From Candidatus Thiovulum karukerense (GTDB lineage: Bacteria > Campylobacterota > Campylobacteria > Campylobacterales > Thiovulaceae): 36,132 bases of DNA. Where the stretch lies: NCBI GenBank assembly GCA_024281215.1, contig JAMJTX010000021.1, positions 1 to 36,132 on the forward strand. Reading direction: 5' to 3'. This document shows, piece after piece, positions 27,214 through 35,480 of the stretch; the first letter of the stretch is position 1; every line of letters begins with the position of its first letter. The translations under genes were made by a program, and so were the position numbers. The notes under the pieces are model-generated. The model was not told the DNA's origin. It did no database searches and saw only the letters and a program-made list of their open reading frames with translations.

Positions 27214-27612
27214 TTACTTGAAAAACTCAGAAACTCCTTTTAAGAGTCGCTCCTCCATCTCTACCCATAGCTTCTGGAACTCACTCCACTCTTTACCATC
27301 TGGATCTTCAAAGCCGATATGGAGTTTTGGAACTTGTTTTGGAAAAACAGGACAAGTCTCTTTTGCATTGTCACAAACTGTAACAACTAAATCAAACTGA
27401 TGATCAATAACCTCCTCAAGAGGTTTCGAGTGGTAGCTATCTCTCCAACCACCATTCTCCTCTAAGATTCGCTTTGCATTTGGATTAACTCTACCAGATG
27501 CCTTTACACCACTACTCTCTGCCTCAAATCCATCGAGCCTTGAGTTAATCATTCCCTCAGCCATTATTGAACGACAGCTATTTCCTGTACATAAGATTAA
27601 AACTCTTTTCAA
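27214..27612 (-). CDS. arsC: Arsenate reductase, LMW-PTPase / thioredoxin-coupled type
   Basis: It has the P-loop CTGNSCRS (CX5R) plus a downstream Cys pair in TVCDNAKETCP, with C-X6-C spacing as in the pI258-type ArsC. The TTG start overlaps the aquaporin stop (gaTTGAaa). Confidence 0.85.
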   Translation of the reverse strand: MKRVLILCTGNSCRSIMAEGMINSRLDGFEAESSGVKASGRVNPNAKRILEENGGWRDSYHSKPLEEVIDHQFDLVVTVCDNAKETCPVFPKQVPKLHIGFEDPDGKEWSEFQKLWVEMEERLLKGVSEFFK

Positions 27613-28256
27613 TCATTATCCTTTAAAAATTTATATAAAAAAACTGCAAAAACTGCTCCACCTGTTGTGGCAACGAGATATATCCAGAGATGCTCAAGAT
27701 TACCAGAGATAATAGCAGGAGCAAATGAGCGAACTGGATTCATACTGGCTCCAGATATTGGTCCTCCAAACATAGCCTCAAGACCAACTGTAAAACCTAT
27801 TGAGAGACCGGCAAAGTGTTTAATCGCTTTTGAATGAACTGCTGAAAGAGATATAACAAGCATTAAAATAGCTGTTAATATAAACTCCAGAATAAAACTC
27901 TGCATTTCACCATATCTTGGTAGAGTTGCACCTAGGTTCGCGATGTTACCAAACATCAAGAGAAGAGTTAAACTTGCTAACACTCCCCCAACAGTCTGAG
28001 CTAAAATATATGGCAAAAGCAGTTTCCACTCAAACTCTCTCATTACTGCAAAAGCTATTGAGACTGCTGGATTAAAGTGAGCTCCAGATATATGACCAAA
28101 GCTATATATTAGAACCATTACAACCATTCCAAAAGTTAGAGCAATTCCAATATGACCAATAGAACCTGTAAGCGAATCTATTACAATAGCACCAGTTCCG
28201 GCAAACACAAGGATATATGTGCCTAAAAATTCAGATAACAGAGCTTTTTGATTCAT
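27609..28256 (-). CDS. MIP-family channel, NIP/AqpN-like aquaglyceroporin (probable As(III)/metalloid channel)
   Basis: It has two half-helix motifs, SGAHFNPAVSIAFA and SGASMNPVRSFAPA (NPA/NPV). These are near-identical to the NIP subfamily signature. The start is placed at ATG 28256 (MNQKALLSEFLGTY), 4 nt after the gpt-like stop. The ORF-track start at 28361 overlaps the upstream gene by about 100 nt. Confidence 0.85.
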   Translation of the reverse strand: MNQKALLSEFLGTYILVFAGTGAIVIDSLTGSIGHIGIALTFGMVVMVLIYSFGHISGAHFNPAVSIAFAVMREFEWKLLLPYILAQTVGGVLASLTLLLMFGNIANLGATLPRYGEMQSFILEFILTAILMLVISLSAVHSKAIKHFAGLSIGFTVGLEAMFGGPISGASMNPVRSFAPAIISGNLEHLWIYLVATTGGAVFAVFLYKFLKDND

Positions 28257-28260
28257 AGTT

Positions 28261-28734
28261 TTAGAGATTTTGTAGCTCGTCAGTTTTTCCAGACCAGAAG
28301 AACTCAATCCACTGGTTACTCTTATGTATGTAGTATGTTGGTTGATATTCAGAGTTTTCACCGTAAAATATAGTTATAGTCTCAAACTCTATCTCTGGAT
28401 ATAGAGTTTGGAGGTAATCTACAATATATTTAAGTGTTCTACCACTATCTGAAATATCATCAACAATTAATACTCTCTTAAACTGATGAAGCTGAGGAGT
28501 TCCAAAAACCTCAATTGTATCCATCTGCTCTTTGTCATTATATGAAATTGCATTTATTGAGAATAGGTTTCTAACACTCATAGCTTCAGCTAAAAAGTGT
28601 CCATAAGTTAAACCACCTCTTGCAATAGCCACAATTGCATCAGGAGTCTGCTGAATCTTATCGACACTCTTCTTTAAATCACGAGAGAACTCATCATATT
28701 TGTAGTAGTATAGATTTTTCAATCTAATAACCAC
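28261..28734 (-). CDS. gpt: Xanthine-guanine phosphoribosyltransferase-like type I PRTase
   Basis: It has the PRPP loop VLIVDDISDSGRT. It is colinear with Gpt (IVAIARGGLTYGHFLAE...ISYNDKEQ...WIEFFW versus E. coli IIAVSRGGLVPGALLAR...SSYDHDNQ...WIEQPW). Length is 157 aa. Confidence 0.75.
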   Translation of the reverse strand: MVIRLKNLYYYKYDEFSRDLKKSVDKIQQTPDAIVAIARGGLTYGHFLAEAMSVRNLFSINAISYNDKEQMDTIEVFGTPQLHQFKRVLIVDDISDSGRTLKYIVDYLQTLYPEIEFETITIFYGENSEYQPTYYIHKSNQWIEFFWSGKTDELQNL

Positions 28735-29105
28735 TCTTTAGCACTATTTAGACTCTGAAACTCTCTCACTTCACCACTCATAAATATTGATACTGCTTTT
28801 ATCATCAACTCTTGCCAACTGCCATCACATATAACAGCTATCTTATTAAACTCTTTACGATGCTCGATGCCAAATTTAATATCGTCCCAAATCGCTTCTA
28901 AATCTGCCCAACCTTCAAACTCTGCTAAATTTATGAGAGCATTAATCTTTGGATCTCTAACTCCTTTGATTGCTCCTTCAATTACTGGCAGAATATGTAG
29001 ATAGTCCTCATGGGTAATCTGTCCAACTGCTTTTATTGTCAGAAAGAAATCTCGACTACCAACTCTCTCAATTCCAACAGATACACCTCTATTATCAATA
29101 AACAT
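28719..29105 (-). CDS. STAS/SpoIIAA-like (DUF3478-type) protein
   Basis: The 128-aa protein follows the pattern of the SpoIIAA-like family: ...LTIKAVGQITHEDY...INLAEFEGW...W.D.KF...H...F.KIAVICDG.W. It overlaps the gpt-like start by 16 nt. Confidence 0.55.
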   Translation of the reverse strand: MFIDNRGVSVGIERVGSRDFFLTIKAVGQITHEDYLHILPVIEGAIKGVRDPKINALINLAEFEGWADLEAIWDDIKFGIEHRKEFNKIAVICDGSWQELMIKAVSIFMSGEVREFQSLNSAKEWLLD

Positions 29106-29121
29106 CTCTTAAATCCTTCTT

Positions 29122-30720
29122 TTAATCTAGGCTAACATTAAGAGTGTAGCTACCAGTTGCTCCACTATATCCGCTAACGGCTATAAAATATGTACCTGGT
29201 GAAACACTATATGAGAACTCAAAATTGCTTCCACTACCACTATCATCATTAGATGTGAGTTGTGATTGAGATGAATCATAAAGATAACCAACTGTATCAA
29301 ATGAGCTAGTTGTACTAACAGTTAAAGTTCCATAACTAGATACATCAACTCTATAAATATCTTGCTCATCACTACTAGAGATATAACCATAAGTAGAGCT
29401 ATTTGCTGAGACTGTTGTATATTCAAAACTGTAACTATTTTCAGCCTCGAAACTACTATTTAAAGTGTAGCTTCCAGTTGTTGTAGAGTAGTAGCCTTCA
29501 ACCTTAAGATAGTAAGTTCCAGCATCTAACTCTTTTTCGATCTTAAAGTTACTGCCACTCCCACTACTATAATTTGAAGCTATTTGAGTTCCATACGAGT
29601 TATATAAAGTTCCATAAGTGTTGATAGAGCTTGTTGTGGTAAGAGTTAAAGTTCCAGAGCTTGTTAATGTTATCTTAAAATAATCATCATCACTACTAGA
29701 GATATAACCAGAAGTTGTACTATCTGAAGATATTGATGTTGCGGTGTATGTATAATCTCCATGATCATCACTATCAGCTTCAAAACTACTATTTAAAGTG
29801 TAACTTCCGGTTGTTGTAGAGTAGTAACCTTTTACCTTAACATAGTAAGTTCCAGCATCTAACTCTTTTTCTATTTGAAAGTTACTACCACTACCACTCT
29901 CATCATTATATGCTATCTGAGTTCCACTTGAGTTGTATAGAACACCATAAGTATCCATAGAGCTTGTAGTGCTAAGAGTTAAAGTTCCAGAAGTGGTTAA
30001 TGTTATTTTGAAATAGTCATTATCACCACTAGAGATATAACCAGAAGTTGTGCTATCTGCAGATATTGATGTTGCAGAGTATGTATAATCTCCATGATCA
30101 TCTGACGAATAACTTGAATAGTAACTTGAGTTGTCACTATCTGTTGATGAGAAATTATCTGTATCCGTATATCTATACGAGACAAGAGATCTGCTGCTAG
30201 TTGAGTAGTATGTTTCATATTTTCGCTCGATTAAACCTATACCTTTGGCTCTATAAACTGTATAACTTCCATCTTCCATTTTTAAAACATCACTGTACTC
30301 GATTCCTGTTGATGTTGTATAACTTTCTAAAAGCTGAATAGATGATGACTCCTCTATACATCTATCTACACTATTTGGAAAACTACTAATTGATTGTGTA
30401 GAAGTCCCTGAAAGTGTATAGCTAAACTCTGTTGCATCTGATGAGGTTGTTAGGTTTTTTAAGTATCCAGTTATAGTATTATCACTAATATTATAAACAA
30501 CTCCATACTGCTCCCCACTCTCTTCGTACAACATCACTGCATCTGAACTTGGAAATCTATATTGTGCAAAATCTATCTGGTCATCTTCACAGACAGAGTC
30601 ACTCAAAGCTTGGTTAGTAGCAGATGGAGTTTGAGAGTTGCCACCAGCTCCATCGTTACACCCTGAGAGTACTGTAATCATAAATAGTATAAAAACATTT
30701 AAGTATCTAATCGCTTTCAT
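29122..30720 (-). CDS. Lipoprotein with three tandem pre-peptidase C-terminal (PPC)-like domains
   Basis: It has a lipobox, VLSGC, at residues 17-21. After an approximately 185-aa unique region come three units of about 105-111 aa. These units match the PPC pattern (G.I...D.DYF.I.....G.L.......D.....LY...G................AGTYY..V.GY....G.YTL). The protein is strongly Ser/Thr/Tyr-rich. Confidence 0.7.
   Translation of the reverse strand: MKAIRYLNVFILFMITVLSGCNDGAGGNSQTPSATNQALSDSVCEDDQIDFAQYRFPSSDAVMLYEESGEQYGVVYNISDNTITGYLKNLTTSSDATEFSYTLSGTSTQSISSFPNSVDRCIEESSSIQLLESYTTSTGIEYSDVLKMEDGSYTVYRAKGIGLIERKYETYYSTSSRSLVSYRYTDTDNFSSTDSDNSSYYSSYSSDDHGDYTYSATSISADSTTSGYISSGDNDYFKITLTTSGTLTLSTTSSMDTYGVLYNSSGTQIAYNDESGSGSNFQIEKELDAGTYYVKVKGYYSTTTGSYTLNSSFEADSDDHGDYTYTATSISSDSTTSGYISSSDDDYFKITLTSSGTLTLTTTSSINTYGTLYNSYGTQIASNYSSGSGSNFKIEKELDAGTYYLKVEGYYSTTTGSYTLNSSFEAENSYSFEYTTVSANSSTYGYISSSDEQDIYRVDVSSYGTLTVSTTSSFDTVGYLYDSSQSQLTSNDDSGSGSNFEFSYSVSPGTYFIAVSGYSGATGSYTLNVSLD
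29437..30102. repeat. Direct tandem repeat, 2 x 333 bp, inside the lipoprotein gene (a third degenerate copy lies at 29125-29436)
   Basis: Units 30102-29770 and 29769-29437 (minus-strand coding) encode 111-aa copies differing at 18 positions. Long identical DNA runs are visible, for example ctactatttaaagtgta at about 29454 and 29787, and catagtaagttccagcatctaactcttttt. The third unit is about half identical at protein level. Confidence 0.9.
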
Positions 30721-30779
30721 AAATGAACCTTTTTTAGTGCAAATTATAGCTTAAAGCTATTTCACTAGCTCTTGATTAT

Positions 30780-31904
30780 TTAAGATAACCCGATTAAAGC
30801 CTCTTTAATTAGATAGTCAAATTTATCAAATTCAATCAGAAAGGCATCATGCCCATAACTACTCTCTATCTCAAAATATTCGACAAGTTCGCTTGAACCA
30901 ATCTTCTTCATCTCTCTATAAATATCTTCAGACTCTTGTGGAAGAAACAGAAGATCTCCTGAAAATGATATTAAAAGAAGTTTGGCTTTAAAGTTTGATA
31001 GGGCATCTCCAAGTGAGTTGTAGCCATTGGATAGATCAAATATATTAATAGCTTTTGTTAGGTAGAGATAGCTTAAAGGATCAAATTTTTTACTAAACTT
31101 ATTACCGTTATATTCAAGATAACTATCAACCTGAAAACGACCATTAATATCGTAAAAGCCATCATCTTTGCGATAATTTCGCCCAAACTTACTTCTCATT
31201 GAGTGGTGGGATAGAAAGCTAATGTGTCCAGCCATTCTACCAATTGCTAAACCATTTAGTCCATTTTCAGAAATCTCTTTTATGGAGTAGTTTCCAGATT
31301 TAAATTCAGGATCTCGCTTTATAGCCTCTTGAGTAACCTTATTAAAAGCGATTGTCCATGGCTGAGTTGCCCAAGTTGATGCAATTGGAATAATAAGCTT
31401 TGCAAAGTTTGGAAAATCGACTCCAAATTGTAGAGCTTGCATTCCACCCATTGACCCCCCTATAATAGCTTGAACTTCTCTGATACCCCAACTTTGAAGA
31501 AGTATGTGTTGAGCTTTAACCATATCTTTAATTGTAACAACAGGAAAACGAAAACGATACAACTCTTTATCAGATGGATTGAGCGGATTGATGGGTGAGA
31601 TTGGAGATGTTGAGCCGAAGATACTGCCTATCACATTTGTTGAGACCACAAAGTATCTGTTTGTATCAATAGCCTTGCCATCACCAATAAGAGCATCCCA
31701 CCAGCCATGATTAAAAATATCAGATCCCTCTTCTTTTACAGGCTTATGACTTCCTGTAAGAGCATGAGTTATTAAAATGACATTACTCTTCTCACTATTT
31801 AACTCTCCATAAGTTGTATAGGCTATATCATAAGGCTCTAAGATTCTACCACTCTCAAGATATAATGGTTTTCTAAATGTCTCTATTCCTGTCTCTATCT
31901 TCAA
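30780..31904 (-). CDS. metX: Homoserine O-acetyltransferase
   Basis: It has an alpha/beta hydrolase fold with the nucleophile elbow GGSMGGMQAL, a C-terminal SSYGHDAFL (His of the triad), and N-terminal LESGRILEPYDIAYTTYGELN typical of MetX. Confidence 0.9.
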   Translation of the reverse strand: MKIETGIETFRKPLYLESGRILEPYDIAYTTYGELNSEKSNVILITHALTGSHKPVKEEGSDIFNHGWWDALIGDGKAIDTNRYFVVSTNVIGSIFGSTSPISPINPLNPSDKELYRFRFPVVTIKDMVKAQHILLQSWGIREVQAIIGGSMGGMQALQFGVDFPNFAKLIIPIASTWATQPWTIAFNKVTQEAIKRDPEFKSGNYSIKEISENGLNGLAIGRMAGHISFLSHHSMRSKFGRNYRKDDGFYDINGRFQVDSYLEYNGNKFSKKFDPLSYLYLTKAINIFDLSNGYNSLGDALSNFKAKLLLISFSGDLLFLPQESEDIYREMKKIGSSELVEYFEIESSYGHDAFLIEFDKFDYLIKEALIGLS

Positions 31905-32003
31905 AAAATCTATCCCTGTTAGCTAATAACTATTATTTTAATAATAGCAAATTAATTATCAAAAAATTATAGCTGAAAGCAGAGGTTCTCCTCTTAAAAA
32001 AGA

Positions 32004-32483
32004 TCAGTTATTTGATGAAGTTAATTTTTGAAGAATCTCTTTGATCTGGTATATTGACTGAACTATCAAGAGAGAGAATCCTACTAAAATAAGTGATTTA
32101 ACAATAAATCTATATTGAAGCCCACCTGGATCTGATGATATCTCATTTTGAAGATAACTCATCTCCACAAAGCTATATGATGTGTAGATAATCAATAGGG
32201 CAAATGGGATAATAAAAAAGATATGAGATAGAAGATCTATATAATCTCTATACTTTTTTGCTAAATTCCCATAGATAATATCAACTCGCACATGCCCATT
32301 ATGTCGAAGAGTATAGAAGAGTGAAAGAAGCATAACTCCATCAAAAATATGCCACTCTAACTCTTGCAGAGCTATTGAACCATTTGAAAATAGATAACGG
32401 TTAAAGACATCAAATAGAATCAGAAAGACTAGAGAGATCAGAGCGATCGAAACACTCTTTGATATTAGTTCTAAAGCTCTCAT
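32004..32483 (-). CDS. TRAP transporter small permease (DctQ-like), orphan
   Basis: The 159-aa protein has four predicted TM helices. The DctQ-like N-terminal pattern (...FLILFDVFNRYLF...W..E......) is present. No DctM or DctP gene is in the window. Confidence 0.5.
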   Translation of the reverse strand: MRALELISKSVSIALISLVFLILFDVFNRYLFSNGSIALQELEWHIFDGVMLLSLFYTLRHNGHVRVDIIYGNLAKKYRDYIDLLSHIFFIIPFALLIIYTSYSFVEMSYLQNEISSDPGGLQYRFIVKSLILVGFSLLIVQSIYQIKEILQKLTSSNN

Positions 32484-32496
32484 CTATACACCTCGA

Positions 32497-34245
32497 TTAT
32501 CTGCCTCTTGGCATACCTTTCTCTTCAGGATTCTGCGGAGTTCCTGCACTCGACTCCTCTTCGATAAGAAGTTGAATGAGATTACTAACTTCATCTGTAT
32601 GTTCGCTAATATACTTTGTCACCTCTTCAACAAGAAGGTCATATTTAACTTGGTCTTCATTGAGAGTCTCGTTAAGTCCGAGAGACATCTCAACATTTTT
32701 CCTCATAGCACTATACTTCTCAGATAGGTCCTCTTCAAGCTCATCACCCCTATCAAGCTCAAGCTCAACGGGTTCATCATCTTCTTTAACCTCTTCAAGC
32801 ATTCTAATAGCAAATGGTCGAATAACCTGTCGGTAGAAGAAGAATAGAATCAGAGCAGCAACAAGATATTGAATTGCTGTATTGATTGGAACATATTGAG
32901 CAATTTTATCTGTCCAAGTGTTAAGAACAATCTTTCTATTAAGAAGATCTTTAATAGATTTAAATTGGAAGTTTCTAACAGAGACCTCATCACCTCTGTT
33001 TAGATTAATTCCAATTGCTCGAATAACTAAATTTTCAACAGATTTAAGTTCATCATCAGAGAGTGGCACATACTCATATCCACCTGTATTTTTTCCGTTC
33101 TCATCAACTTTCTCTCTGTAACTACCATCAACAACAACAGCAGCAGTTACTCTTGTAATTCTTGAAAACTCTGCTTTCTTACTTGAGACGGTCTTTGATA
33201 TCTCATAGTTTGTTGTTGCCTTACTCTTCTCATACTTCTCTTTATTATTATCACCAATACCCTGAACTGCACCTATATTGCTTACAGCTCCAGGTACCCC
33301 ACCGATATCTTGTGGAGTTGAACCCTCTCGAAGCTCATCAACACTCTGCTCACTTCTAACAACCGATTCAGGATCGTAATACTCTTTCTGACTCTCCTCT
33401 TTTGAGAAGTCAAACTCAATTGTAACTTTTGCAACAACTCTATCAGTTCCACCAATAAATGGAGCAAGAACCTCAACAATCTTATTCTCATACTGCTTCT
33501 CATATCGGTTCTTATAGGTCATCTGAATCTTCGCCTCTTCACTTGAAGCTGTCATATCATCATTATCACCTAATGGCTCACCAAAGGCATTTACAATCGT
33601 TACATCATCTGGAGATAGTTTTGGAATTGAAGAAGCAACAAGATGTTTGATCCCTTTTACCTGTTTAGGAAGAAGTATCATACTCTCTTGAAGTGTTAAA
33701 ACAACCGAAGCAGTTGGCTTCACCTGTCTAGCAACAAAAAGAGAGTCTTGGGGAAGGGCTATATGGACTTTTGCACCTTGAACAGGCTCAAGCATCTCAA
33801 TAGTTTTAGATAACTCTCCCTCAATTGCTCGAAGATATTTGATCTTCTGATCAAAATCAGTAGCCCCAAACTCCTGCTCATTAAAGAGTTCAAAGCCAAC
33901 TCGATTATCTTTTGGTAATCCAAGTGAAGCAACTTGCATTCGAGCTTCAGGCATATCCTCATTAGCAACTTTAATAGTTGCCATTCCGCTATTGCCTTTC
34001 TCTTCAATTGAGTAATCAATATTGTTTTTCTTTAGAGCCTCTGTAATCTCTCTAGCTTCTGTGTATGGAACAGACTCAAAAAGAGGTTTATATGTGTAGC
34101 TCTTATCCTCTGCCGTTGAGAGAATAATAAGAAATACAAAAAAACCTACAACTGCAAGGAGTGATGCAGATATAATGATTTTCTGATTCTTCTCTAATCT
34201 AAGAAATGCTTTTGAGAGCTGGGTTAAAAGTTCTTTAAAGTCCAT
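32497..34245 (-). CDS. fliF: Flagellar MS-ring protein FliF
   Basis: The 582-aa protein has an N-terminal TM, YscJ/FliF ring-building motifs (LFESVPYTEAREITEALKKNNIDYSIEE...), a second TM near residue 460, and an acidic C-terminal FliG-binding tail. Confidence 0.9.
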   Translation of the reverse strand: MDFKELLTQLSKAFLRLEKNQKIIISASLLAVVGFFVFLIILSTAEDKSYTYKPLFESVPYTEAREITEALKKNNIDYSIEEKGNSGMATIKVANEDMPEARMQVASLGLPKDNRVGFELFNEQEFGATDFDQKIKYLRAIEGELSKTIEMLEPVQGAKVHIALPQDSLFVARQVKPTASVVLTLQESMILLPKQVKGIKHLVASSIPKLSPDDVTIVNAFGEPLGDNDDMTASSEEAKIQMTYKNRYEKQYENKIVEVLAPFIGGTDRVVAKVTIEFDFSKEESQKEYYDPESVVRSEQSVDELREGSTPQDIGGVPGAVSNIGAVQGIGDNNKEKYEKSKATTNYEISKTVSSKKAEFSRITRVTAAVVVDGSYREKVDENGKNTGGYEYVPLSDDELKSVENLVIRAIGINLNRGDEVSVRNFQFKSIKDLLNRKIVLNTWTDKIAQYVPINTAIQYLVAALILFFFYRQVIRPFAIRMLEEVKEDDEPVELELDRGDELEEDLSEKYSAMRKNVEMSLGLNETLNEDQVKYDLLVEEVTKYISEHTDEVSNLIQLLIEEESSAGTPQNPEEKGMPRGR

Positions 34246-34259
34246 TTAACACAACTTAT

Positions 34260-35354
34260 TTATAATATCTTTTTAAATACCTCAAAGAATCTACTGTTCT
34301 CTTCAGGCTTTCCAATTGTAATTCTAATAGCATTAAGTCCATATCCCTTTAAGTCTCTGATAATTATACCCACTCTCAAAAGCTTATCAGAAAGATTTGA
34401 AGAATTATAACCATCAGGTAATAAAAGAGTTATAAAATTGGTCGAACTTTTTATATAGTCTAGTCCATTTTCGTCTGCAAACTCCTCAAATCGTCTCATC
34501 TCACTAAAATTACTCTCAATAGAGTTCTCAACAAACTCCATATCTTTAAGAGCCTCAATTGCTGATAGGAGAGATAGAGTAGTTATATTAAATGGAGGTC
34601 TAACTTTATATAGATTCTCAATAATCTCTTTTTTTGCAACTCCATATCCAACTCTCATTCCTCCAAGCCCAAAAGCTTTTGAGAATGTCCCAAGGTATAT
34701 GGTGTTTGGGTACTTTTCAATAAGATCCTTAGGTTCAATATATGAGTCTGGTGAGCTATATTTAACATACTCCATATATGCTCCATCAACAACAACTAGA
34801 CTGTTTTTATCAACAGTTTCAAGAAAATTTAAAAGATTATCTTTTTCGATAATATCACCTGTTGGGTTGTTTGGAGTACATAGAAAGATAATATCTGGAT
34901 TATGCTCTTCTGCTAAAGTTTGAAACTGTTTGAGATCATGCTCAACACTATCAGTTTTAACAATCTCTGCACCCATCTGTTCTGTATAGATTGAGTACAT
35001 TGCAAATGTAACTCCATTCATTAAAACTTTTGAACTTGAGTTTAGTTTTGCTCGTGATATAAATTCAAGAACCTGATCGCTTCCAGCCCCAATAATAATC
35101 TCACTGCTATCAACACTATACTTTTTTGCGAGTGCATCTTTTAGCTCATACATCGAGTCATCTGGGTAAAGATATCCTTTATAGCTATTTTTTGCGATAG
35201 CCTCTGCAACTCTTGGACTCATTCCAAAAGGGTTTTCATTACTTGCCATCTTAATAATATTCTCTGGAGCAACTCCAAACTCTCGAACCACTAATTCAAT
35301 TGGCTTTCCCGCTTCATAAACCTCTATATTTTCTAAATGTCTATTAAAATTCAA
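34260..35354 (-). CDS. hisC: Histidinol-phosphate aminotransferase
   Basis: It is a class II aminotransferase with the PLP-lysine motif TFSKAFGLGGMRVGY and N-terminal ASNENPFG. It stops 14 nt upstream of fliF. Confidence 0.9.
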   Translation of the reverse strand: MNFNRHLENIEVYEAGKPIELVVREFGVAPENIIKMASNENPFGMSPRVAEAIAKNSYKGYLYPDDSMYELKDALAKKYSVDSSEIIIGAGSDQVLEFISRAKLNSSSKVLMNGVTFAMYSIYTEQMGAEIVKTDSVEHDLKQFQTLAEEHNPDIIFLCTPNNPTGDIIEKDNLLNFLETVDKNSLVVVDGAYMEYVKYSSPDSYIEPKDLIEKYPNTIYLGTFSKAFGLGGMRVGYGVAKKEIIENLYKVRPPFNITTLSLLSAIEALKDMEFVENSIESNFSEMRRFEEFADENGLDYIKSSTNFITLLLPDGYNSSNLSDKLLRVGIIIRDLKGYGLNAIRITIGKPEENSRFFEVFKKIL

Positions 35355-35480
35355 CTCTCTGCCTGTTTATAATCTTAAAGAGAATTATAGAGAAAAATAT
35401 AGTGAAATGATTTAATGATTGGGACTATTCTCTTATTGCGATTTTAATCAAGAGGTTTGGTCATAACGACCATTCCTATT

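Noticed and set aside
28257-28361. A long N-terminal extension of the aquaporin ORF (MKTLNINQHTTYIRV...).
   Set aside because: It overlaps the gpt-like gene by about 100 nt. The internal ATG at 28256 gives the typical MIP N-terminus. For the same reason I shortened these ORFs:
- gatA: 10730 to 10811
- second permease: 7731 to 7806
- gltX: 21396 to 21408
- rfbG-like: 22726 to 22765
30746-30760. The palindrome ATAGCTTAAAGCTAT between metX and the lipoprotein gene, considered as a terminator or operator.
   Set aside because: It is only a 5-bp AT-rich stem with a 5-nt loop and no T-tract. That is too weak to call, and chance occurrence is likely in AT-rich DNA.
31981-31994. The hairpin AGAGG-TTCT-CCTCT after the DctQ-like gene, considered as a rho-independent terminator.
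   Set aside because: On the transcribed (minus) strand the T-run precedes the stem rather than following it, so it does not fit a canonical intrinsic terminator.
32576-34019. ORFs antisense or off-frame within fliF, including a Ser-rich 86-aa ORF (32576-32836).
   Set aside because: The Ser-rich run is simply the antisense reading of the Glu/Asp-rich FliF C-terminal tail (GAA/GAT read as TTC/ATC). Nothing supports independent coding.
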